Positions 56,684 to 64,000 of a stretch of DNA of 64,000 nucleotides are shown piece after piece. This stretch comes from Bacilli bacterium (GTDB lineage: Bacteria; Bacillota_I; Bacilli_A; RF39; UBA660). Positions within the stretch are counted from its first letter, which is position 1, and each line of letters opens with the position of its first letter. The translations under genes were made by a program, and so were the position numbers. The stretch spans positions 75,115 through 139,114 of the forward strand of contig JAFWKJ010000018.1 in the NCBI GenBank assembly GCA_017511375.1, read 5' to 3'. Below the pieces are notes generated by a model. That model saw nothing but the letters and a program-made list of their open reading frames with translations. It was not told the origin of the DNA and ran no database searches.

Positions 56684-56935
56684 ATGAATGATTTAGTAAA
56701 ATTAACAGAAGAGATTGTAAAATCTTTAGTAGTTGACGCTGATGGCGTTAGTGTGAAAGAATTTCCTTCTGAAGATGAGAAAACTATGTTGATTCAAGTA
56801 ATGGTTAATGAGGATGACATTGGTAGAGTCATTGGTAAGGATGGTAAAACAGCAAATGCTATTAGAACTTTGGTTCAAGCTAGTAGTGCACTTAATGGCA
56901 ACAAATATGTTAAAATTAACATCGATAAGTTTTAA
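56684..56935 (+). CDS. KH-domain RNA-binding protein (YlqC/UPF0109)
   Basis: The sequence VIGKDGKTANAIRTLV is present and the gene directly follows rpsP. Confidence 0.8.
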   Translation: MNDLVKLTEEIVKSLVVDADGVSVKEFPSEDEKTMLIQVMVNEDDIGRVIGKDGKTANAIRTLVQASSALNGNKYVKINIDKF

Positions 56936-56937
56936 AA

Positions 56938-56966
56938 TACAACTCCAAGTTGTATTTTTTTTGCCT
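56938..56966 (+). terminator. Rho-independent terminator
   Basis: The hairpin AATACAACTCCAAGTTGTATTTTTTTT is present. Confidence 0.55.
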
Positions 56967-56997
56967 TCGTGATATATTTATCATAGGTGAGTGCCAT

Positions 56998-58074
56998 ATG
57001 AAAAAGAAAACAAGAGTCTTTGCTATTATTCTTATTTTGTTATTTATAGGACTTGGTTTTGCCTTTTTGTTCACAACTCTTGAAATGAATGGAACAGCGA
57101 GTATTGTAGGAAGAATTTGGGATGTTCATTGGGGAAATATTAGGGTTTCAGATGGATCAGTAACTGGGGCACAGGTTATTTCGGCAGCTTCGATCAATAA
57201 TAATGAGATTTCTTTTGAAATAACATTGGATAAGCCAGGAGATTATTATGAATTTACCGTTGATGCGATCAATGGGGGAAATTTAGATGCGATGATTGAT
57301 ACTGTTGAAAAAAAGATCAACAACTCAGATGTTATTCCAGATTATCTAAATTATGTGGTCACCTATACTGATGGCTTACTGCCTGATGATTTTCACCTTT
57401 TGGAGGCAAATTCAATTGAGAAATATATTATTCGAGTTGAGTATAAGAAGGATATTGAGAATAATCAACTTGTTAGAGAAGAAAATGCATTAACACTTAA
57501 TGTTACCTTTGATGCTTTCTATGTTCAAGCGGATGGTGATGCTATTGCAGTTCCAAATCGGGTTTATAATGTTAATTATGGTGGAATGATTGATGGGCAA
57601 ACTCCTCCTAGTGGAGTTACAACGTATACGTCTTATCGTGATGCAATAACTGCGTTTGGGGCTCCTATTTTTTTAAAACATATTCTCGATAACGGTGTAG
57701 TAGATAGAACATATCTTGGTGTTGAAACTAATAATCATTTGTATTATTTATCATCACGTGATAGTGTTACAAAAAACAAGACAATTCTGAACAGTATTTT
57801 TGGAGCTGCAAATTGTCTGGAAGAAAATCATGACTCTGATAATCCTCCTTATACTGAGTATAGATGTGCTGATTGCCTTTCTAAAATAGGAGTTTCTTTC
57901 TCTTACAATGATAGTCTTGCATTACTTTCTTTTAGCCAGTATGATATAGAGGATAATATAAGGAAATACTGTTATGTTTCAAAGTATAATGGTGGTACAG
58001 AGTTCAGATGTGGGCAAGAACAGTTGACGCAAGAAGAACTTGGTTTGATTGGACAATGGTGCCCTTCTTCGTGA
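56998..58074 (+). CDS. Hypothetical secreted/membrane-anchored protein with a Cys-rich C-terminus
   Basis: A signal/TM (RVFAIILILLFIGLGFAFLF) is present and the last 90 aa contain 7 Cys. The RBS AGGTGA precedes the ATG at 56998. Confidence 0.4.
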   Translation: MKKKTRVFAIILILLFIGLGFAFLFTTLEMNGTASIVGRIWDVHWGNIRVSDGSVTGAQVISAASINNNEISFEITLDKPGDYYEFTVDAINGGNLDAMIDTVEKKINNSDVIPDYLNYVVTYTDGLLPDDFHLLEANSIEKYIIRVEYKKDIENNQLVREENALTLNVTFDAFYVQADGDAIAVPNRVYNVNYGGMIDGQTPPSGVTTYTSYRDAITAFGAPIFLKHILDNGVVDRTYLGVETNNHLYYLSSRDSVTKNKTILNSIFGAANCLEENHDSDNPPYTEYRCADCLSKIGVSFSYNDSLALLSFSQYDIEDNIRKYCYVSKYNGGTEFRCGQEQLTQEELGLIGQWCPSS

Positions 58075-58142
58075 TTTGTTAAGAAGTCTTTTTGACTTCC
58101 TTTTTTTTTTAATATGTTATATAATTTTTATGAGGTAGTTTT

Positions 58143-58856
58143 ATGAATAAAGAGTTAAATATACCAAAGCATGTTGGTATAATTATGGATGGAAATGGAC
58201 GATGGGCTCAGGAGAGAGGTATGATTCGTACCATGGGGCATAAGAATGCTATTAAAACCTTAAAAGCCTTATGTTTACATATGGCAGATTTGGGTATTAA
58301 ATATGCATCTTTATATGCATTTTCTACGGAGAATTTTAAGAGAGAAAAAAGCGAAGTGGATTATTTGATGGATTTATTTATTACTTCTTTTAAAAAAGAA
58401 TTTCGTTTTTTAATCGAAAAGAATGTTAGAGTCGTTTTTTCTGGGAGAAGAGAACCATTACCGCAAAAAGTATTGGATGCAATGGATAAAATTGTGGAAG
58501 ATACAAAAGATAATAAAGATTTGGTATTGAATATTTGCCTTAATTATGGATCTCATGCAGAGATGGTAGATACTACGAAGAAAATATGTGAGATGTATAA
58601 AAAGGGAGATATTTCATTAGATGAAATTGATGAAGATTTTATCCAAAAAAATCTATATCAAGATTTACCACCACTAGATTTTGTTATTCGTACAAGTGGT
58701 GAACTTCGATTGAGTAATTTTATGATGTACCAAGCTAGTTATGCAGAATTTTATTTTCCTCAAGTGTATTTTCCTGATTTCACACCAGAGGAATTTGATA
58801 AGGCTATGTTAGTATTTAATAAGAGAAATAGAAGATTTGGAGGGGTAAAGAAATGA
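58143..58856 (+). CDS. uppS: Undecaprenyl pyrophosphate synthase
   Basis: The sequences HVGIIMDGNGRWA and the RTSGE..LSNF motif are present. Confidence 0.93.
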   Translation: MNKELNIPKHVGIIMDGNGRWAQERGMIRTMGHKNAIKTLKALCLHMADLGIKYASLYAFSTENFKREKSEVDYLMDLFITSFKKEFRFLIEKNVRVVFSGRREPLPQKVLDAMDKIVEDTKDNKDLVLNICLNYGSHAEMVDTTKKICEMYKKGDISLDEIDEDFIQKNLYQDLPPLDFVIRTSGELRLSNFMMYQASYAEFYFPQVYFPDFTPEEFDKAMLVFNKRNRRFGGVKK

Positions 58857-59656
58857 AAATAAGAATTATTAGTGCCATTATCATGATTGCTGTTTTTGTT
58901 CCCTTATTGATTATTGGTGAATTACCATTTGCTTTGTTTATGGCAGTATTATCTATGGCAGGATTATATGAATTAATAAAAGTAAGAGAAACAAGGAAAA
59001 AATATCCAGTTTTATTAAAAATATTTGCTTATATTATGGTGTTTGCTTTTTGTTTAAATAATTTCGATTCTATTGAATTCACATCTCAATTTGATTATCG
59101 AGTTATGGCATTATTATTATTCTTATTCTTATCACCAATTGTGTTTATTAATAATTTTGATAGATATAATTTTAATGATGCATTGTTTTTGATAGGATCT
59201 TTGTTATTTATTGGATTAAGTTTTAATTTGATTGTTATTACACGTAATTTTGATATTACTTATATTATTTACTTATTTATTATTACCACGATTACAGATA
59301 CTTTTGCTCTTGTGAGTGGTATGCTTGTAGGGAAACATAAATTATGTCCAAAAATTAGTCCTAAAAAGACAGTAGAAGGATTAGTTGGTGGTGTATTTAT
59401 GGGTACTTTTATTGCGACAGCTTTTTACTATACGGTTATCAATTCTAATTGTAGTTTAGTATTCTTAATTTTTTCTACTATGTTACTATGTTTTGTAGGT
59501 CAATTAGGAGATTTGGTATTTTCTTCTATTAAGAGATATTATGGAGTAAAAGATTTTTCAAATCTTATTCCAGGACATGGAGGAATTCTAGATCGTTTTG
59601 ATAGTTTAGTTTTTGTTACTTTCGCATTTATTATTATTAAAGGAATATTGTTATAG
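58853..59656 (+). CDS. cdsA: Phosphatidate cytidylyltransferase
   Basis: The protein is polytopic membrane and carries the C-terminal CTP-transferase signature (KRYYGVKDFSNLIPGHGGILDRFDS). Confidence 0.85.
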   Translation: MKIRIISAIIMIAVFVPLLIIGELPFALFMAVLSMAGLYELIKVRETRKKYPVLLKIFAYIMVFAFCLNNFDSIEFTSQFDYRVMALLLFLFLSPIVFINNFDRYNFNDALFLIGSLLFIGLSFNLIVITRNFDITYIIYLFIITTITDTFALVSGMLVGKHKLCPKISPKKTVEGLVGGVFMGTFIATAFYYTVINSNCSLVFLIFSTMLLCFVGQLGDLVFSSIKRYYGVKDFSNLIPGHGGILDRFDSLVFVTFAFIIIKGILL

Positions 59657-59667
59657 GAGGGGTTATT

Positions 59668-60720
59668 TTGTCCATTATTGTTAATATAATTGTTTTTATA
59701 CTTGTTTTAACTGTGATTGTGGCTTTTCATGAATTTGGACATTTTTTGTTGGCTAAGAAGACAGGTGTTTATGTTTATGAGTATTCTATTGGAATGGGGC
59801 CAAAAATCTTTGGTAGAAAAAAAGGAGAAACAGAGTATTCATTAAGAGCAATTCCTATTGGTGGTTATTGCCAACTTGCAGGAGAAGATTTAGATACAGA
59901 TGATTCTAAGAAGGTTCCTAAAAAACGTAGATTACAGAATAAAAGTGCATGGGAAAGATTCTTAATTATGGTATTTGGTCCTGTGAATAATTTTATTTTA
60001 GCAGTTGTCTTATTGTTATTTATTGCCCTTGTTTGGGGTGGTAATACTATGAATCCAGTGATTACAGAAGTGGAAGCAGGGAGTGCTGCAGAGAAGGCTG
60101 GATTACAAGCAAATGATACGATTTTAGAGATTAATCGTCATAAAATTGATACGAGTGATGATATTTCTCTTTATTTAGCGATTGCTGATCCTGAGGTAGA
60201 AAGTACTTTTAAGGTTGAAAGATCTAATGGTACTTATGCTACGATTAAAGTAAAACCAACCAAGATTAAAGAAGATGGAGAAGAATCTTATCGATATGGT
60301 ATTGCGATGCAACAAGAAAAGACAAAAGGAATTCTTTCTTCCTTTGTATTTACTTGGAAGAAAACGATTTCTATCTTTAAGCAAATGTTTGTTACCATCG
60401 GTTGTTTATTTACGGGAGGTATTAAATTCACACAATTATCTGGACCTGTTGGAATTTATTCGATTGTGAGTGAATCTAGGACGGGCGGATTAGTTAATGT
60501 TCTTTATTTGATGGCTTTCTTAAGTATCAATGTTGGATTTATCAATTTACTTCCTATTCCTGCTTTTGATGGAGGACATATCTTATTCATCGTTATAGAA
60601 TTGATTAAAGGTTCTCCTGTAAAACCTGAGGTTGAAAATAAAATTCATACGATTTTCTTAATCTTATTAATGATTTTAATGTTGTTTATTACATTTAATG
60701 ATATTCTTAGATTATTTTAA
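59668..60720 (+). CDS. rseP: RIP metalloprotease (site-2 protease RseP/RasP)
   Basis: HEFGHF is present in TM1, a PDZ domain is present and the C-terminal LDGG motif is present. The start is TTG with an AGGAGGGG RBS. Confidence 0.88.
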   Translation: MSIIVNIIVFILVLTVIVAFHEFGHFLLAKKTGVYVYEYSIGMGPKIFGRKKGETEYSLRAIPIGGYCQLAGEDLDTDDSKKVPKKRRLQNKSAWERFLIMVFGPVNNFILAVVLLLFIALVWGGNTMNPVITEVEAGSAAEKAGLQANDTILEINRHKIDTSDDISLYLAIADPEVESTFKVERSNGTYATIKVKPTKIKEDGEESYRYGIAMQQEKTKGILSSFVFTWKKTISIFKQMFVTIGCLFTGGIKFTQLSGPVGIYSIVSESRTGGLVNVLYLMAFLSINVGFINLLPIPAFDGGHILFIVIELIKGSPVKPEVENKIHTIFLILLMILMLFITFNDILRLF

Positions 60721-60756
60721 TTAATTTTGGTGTATAATTATCATAGAGGTGAGTCT

Positions 60757-60966
60757 ATGAAGATACTAGAATTCATATTATTTGGTTTTATTGCTTTCCT
60801 TGTGGGACTAACTTCTTATTTTTTTAAGAAGCATAGAAAACTTAAAAGGAAACGAAAAAAAATGTCTAAATATGATATGGTGGAAGTATCAGAGTTAGAT
60901 CATCAATATAGTGATTATTATGAACCTGAAATTGTTGAGGTTATTTCTTCGATAGAATACTTATAA
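60757..60966 (+). CDS. Small hypothetical membrane protein
   Basis: A single TM is followed by a basic stretch (KRKRKK). Confidence 0.35.
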   Translation: MKILEFILFGFIAFLVGLTSYFFKKHRKLKRKRKKMSKYDMVEVSELDHQYSDYYEPEIVEVISSIEYL

Positions 60967-61031
60967 TACAAGAGAAATATTTCATGAATATTTCTTTTTT
61001 TTGGTATAATAATCTTATGGGAGGTGCATTT

Positions 61032-63203
61032 ATGGTTGCAGGTGTATTAGTGGAAATATCTCATCAAAATGTTGATCGTATTTTTGAATATGATGTGCCT
61101 GGTGAAATGGCCTCTGAAATTCAAGTGGGACTTCGTGTTTTGGTTCCTTTTGGGAAGCAAGAATTAGAAGGGTTTGTACTTACTTTAAGTCATCAAAAAA
61201 GCACCGATAAAGAATTAAAAAAAGTCATTCGAATTGTTGATTCTTCTATTGTATTAAGTCAGGAATTATTAGATTTGGGAGTATGGATGCAAAAAGAGAC
61301 ATTGGCAACTCTTATTAGTTGTTATCAAACGATGCTTCCAAGAGCTTTGAAGGCAAAGAGAGGAACCGAGGTTTCAATTAAATATGATACGTATTATCGT
61401 TTAAGTGATTCTTGTCCTCAAAGTGATTTGCGTTCTACCCAACAAAGAATTGTGGATTATGTTAAAGAAAAAGGCTCTGCTTTGAGACAGGATCTTCTTT
61501 CTATTTCCGCAAGTAGTTTAAACACATTGATTCGCAATGGTTGTTTGATAGAAGAAAAGAAAGAACATTATCGACTACAATATGAAAAACAAGAAATTGT
61601 GAAAAAGACATTAACTCCTATGCAACAAAAAGTAGTGGATGCTGTCATTCATGGAGAAACAAAACCTTATTTGTTATATGGAGTCACAGGTAGTGGAAAG
61701 ACAGAAGTCTATATGGAAATCATAGACTATTATTTAAAACAAGGAAAAACTAGTATTGTTTTAGTGCCGGAGATTAGTTTGACTCCTCAAATGGTTCAAA
61801 GATTTCGTGAGCGCTTTGGAGAAAGAATTGCGGCTCTTCATTCCGCTCTTAGCGATGGAGAAAAATATGATGAGTGGAGAAGAATCTACCGAGGGGAAGC
61901 TTCCATCGTGATTGGGGCTCGTAGTGCGGTTTTTGCACCTCTAGAAAATATAGGAATTATTATCGTAGATGAGGAGCATAGTGAATCCTATAAGCAAACC
62001 GATCCTAGTCCTAGATACCACGCCAAGGAAGTAGCCCTTATGAGAGCTAAAACCCATCACTGTTCTGTGGTGTTTGGAAGTGCAACCCCTTCATTAGAAG
62101 CTATGGCTCGTGCCCAAAAAAATGTTTTTACGTATTTGGAACTTCCTGAAAGAGTGAATGGGAAAAGTTTACCTATCGTTGAAATTGTCGATATGAATCA
62201 AGCTATGAAAAAGGCTAAAGGTCATTTTTCTCAAAGACTTATTCAAGAGATGGAACAGCGCTTAGAGAATCAAGAACAAATTATTTTATTATTAAATCGT
62301 CGAGGGTATTCTTCTTTTGTAACCTGTAAAAACTGTGGTTATACTTTTAAATGCCCTAATTGTGATATTTCTCTAACTTATCATAAAAGTAGTAATACAT
62401 TACGTTGTCATTACTGTGGATATGGAGAAAAGGAATATAAGACTTGTCCTAAATGTGGAGAAAAGTCTTTGAATAATTTAGGGGTTGGAACACAGAAGAT
62501 AGAAGAAGAATTACATCAGATCTTACCGGAAGCTAGAGTTCTTAGAATGGATTATGATACTACCAGTCGAAAAGGCATGCATGAGAAAATGATAGAATCT
62601 TTTAAAAAGCAAGAATATGATATCTTGCTTGGAACGCAAATGGTAGCAAAAGGACTTGATTTTTCTCAAGTTACTTTAGTGGGGATTTTGAATGCAGATA
62701 CTTCTTTAAATATTCCGGATTTTCGTAGTAGTGAAAACACCTTCTCTCTTTTAAGTCAGGTGTCTGGAAGAAGTGGTCGTGCTCAAAAAAGTGGTTTTGT
62801 AATTCTACAAACATTTAATCCGGATCATTATGCCATTCAGTATTCTCAAAAACAGGATTATTTGGCTTTCTATCAGGCAGAAATGAAAATTCGCAGGCAA
62901 CTAAAATATCCACCATACTATTATTTATGTAATATTCGTGTTAGTGGGGGGAATGCACTTCTTTTGTTTGATGAAGCGATGAAGATTAAGAGAAGTTTGG
63001 AACGAAATTTAGATCAAGTGATTATTCTTGGCCCTAGTAGCGGGAATCTTTTTCGCATCAATAATATTTTCCGTTATCAGATTATTCTTAAATATAAAAG
63101 TGATCAGGCTTTAAGGGAAATACTATGGAAGGTAGTTGATCACTATAAAGGGAATCCTAAGGTTAAAATTGATATTGATTTTAATCCTAGTCAAATGTTG
63201 TAA
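61032..63203 (+). CDS. priA: Primosomal protein N' (replication restart helicase PriA)
   Basis: The DEAH-box helicase motifs GVTGSGKTEVY and DEEH are present, along with the Cys4-Cys4 zinc-binding region CKNCGY..CPNCD..CHYCGY..CPKCG. The RBS GGGAGGTG precedes the ATG at 61032. Confidence 0.93.
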   Translation: MVAGVLVEISHQNVDRIFEYDVPGEMASEIQVGLRVLVPFGKQELEGFVLTLSHQKSTDKELKKVIRIVDSSIVLSQELLDLGVWMQKETLATLISCYQTMLPRALKAKRGTEVSIKYDTYYRLSDSCPQSDLRSTQQRIVDYVKEKGSALRQDLLSISASSLNTLIRNGCLIEEKKEHYRLQYEKQEIVKKTLTPMQQKVVDAVIHGETKPYLLYGVTGSGKTEVYMEIIDYYLKQGKTSIVLVPEISLTPQMVQRFRERFGERIAALHSALSDGEKYDEWRRIYRGEASIVIGARSAVFAPLENIGIIIVDEEHSESYKQTDPSPRYHAKEVALMRAKTHHCSVVFGSATPSLEAMARAQKNVFTYLELPERVNGKSLPIVEIVDMNQAMKKAKGHFSQRLIQEMEQRLENQEQIILLLNRRGYSSFVTCKNCGYTFKCPNCDISLTYHKSSNTLRCHYCGYGEKEYKTCPKCGEKSLNNLGVGTQKIEEELHQILPEARVLRMDYDTTSRKGMHEKMIESFKKQEYDILLGTQMVAKGLDFSQVTLVGILNADTSLNIPDFRSSENTFSLLSQVSGRSGRAQKSGFVILQTFNPDHYAIQYSQKQDYLAFYQAEMKIRRQLKYPPYYYLCNIRVSGGNALLLFDEAMKIKRSLERNLDQVIILGPSSGNLFRINNIFRYQIILKYKSDQALREILWKVVDHYKGNPKVKIDIDFNPSQML

Positions 63204-63242
63204 AATATGATATTCTAATTATAAGAATAGAGGTGAGTATCT

Positions 63243-63446
63243 ATGAATAATAATAATAATAATGAATTAGAGGTTAATCGTCAGAATCGAGAAGAATATG
63301 AAAAATTAATGGAAGAATCTTCTACAAAATTAGATGGATATTGGGATAAAAATAATTGGTTTGTAAAAATCTTGTTATTGGTTCTTTTTGCCATCATTGT
63401 TATAGGTTCTATCATTGTTTTTGCAGGTTATTTTGGTACGATGTAA
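63243..63446 (+). CDS. Small hypothetical protein with a C-terminal TM
   Basis: The RBS AGAGGTGAG is present. It begins with an N-run (MNNNNNNELE) and ends in a TM. Confidence 0.35.
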   Translation: MNNNNNNELEVNRQNREEYEKLMEESSTKLDGYWDKNNWFVKILLLVLFAIIVIGSIIVFAGYFGTM

Positions 63447-63477
63447 ATTTTAATTATCATGGTTAGGAGGTGATAAA

Positions 63478-64000
63478 GTGCTAGACGAATATTTCAAAAG
63501 AGAAGATGTGTTGTCTTTTGTTCGTGAATTGGAAAGTAATCCAAAGTATTTAAAAAAGAATGTTCACGAAGATAGTAAATATGGTTTAGAAATGAAAGAA
63601 GAATTGGCGCTTTATCTTTTCTATGACATTTTATTTAAATATAAAATAATCATTGATGATGTTTATTTGTTTCCAGACTTTTTAGCACAGGTTGAAAAGC
63701 TGTTCCTTAAAATTGAACACTATGATGATATGATGCTTGGTGTTTATAAATTGTTAATCAATCTGGTTGCTACCATTTTGGAAGTAAAAGATATTGATTC
63801 AGAAGAAGGACGAAATGAAATTGTAAGATACTTCTATCAAAAATATGTGATGGAAGGATATTTGGTACATGGATATAGTACGACGTATGAAGAATTTATA
63901 AAAGGAAGAAATTTTGTTCCTGAAAAATATCCCAATCATTATTCAAAAATGTTGAGGGTTAGACAAATCTTTGCGAAATATAAGATTGCTGTCATGAGTA
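63478..64000 (+). CDS. Hypothetical protein, 5' part; continues past the window end
   Basis: A GTG start follows the strong RBS AGGAGGTGATAAA. The frame stays open to the window end, which is why it is absent from the ORF track. Confidence 0.4.
   Translation, partial: MLDEYFKREDVLSFVRELESNPKYLKKNVHEDSKYGLEMKEELALYLFYDILFKYKIIIDDVYLFPDFLAQVEKLFLKIEHYDDMMLGVYKLLINLVATILEVKDIDSEEGRNEIVRYFYQKYVMEGYLVHGYSTTYEEFIKGRNFVPEKYPNHYSKMLRVRQIFAKYKIAVMS

Overview
Low-GC (about 30% by eye) Firmicutes chromosomal segment, Bacilli/Erysipelotrichia-like, with strong Bacillus subtilis-type local synteny. The backbone is mostly housekeeping: recU | gpsB-rnpB-rodZ-pgsA-recA-murE-rny; rnjA; ftsY-ylxM-...-ffh; rpoZ-recX; prsA/hit; sufS-sufU; ssb; pdp; dacA; T-box-serS; miaB-ricA; rpsP-KH; uppS-cdsA-rseP; priA. 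Sporulation-type genes are present: cotE with a SigE-like promoter, spoVS, a CotD-like His/Cys-rich protein, and a YjcZ-like tiny transmembrane ORF. Accessory material sits between the conserved blocks: a BspA/DUF285-like repeat surface protein with 90-bp tandem repeats; two degenerate DUF1016 (YhcG-type) PD-(D/E)XK nuclease genes, one truncated and one frameshifted; a PrsW-like membrane protease plus a HerA/FtsK-superfamily (DUF87) ATPase with a Pro/Glu/Ala-rich tail inserted between ylxM and ffh; a sortase with an SPxTG-type substrate; a YdjG/H/I-like zinc-ribbon/TPM/SPFH module; and a MoxR-DUF58-vWA-TPR (Bat-like) operon between ricA and cotE. No tRNA genes, rRNA genes or CRISPR arrays were seen. 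The best candidate for an undescribed system is the PrsW-like plus HerA-like ATPase pair that interrupts the otherwise universal ftsY-ylxM-ffh arrangement. All functional calls come from motif recognition by eye. No database search was run.
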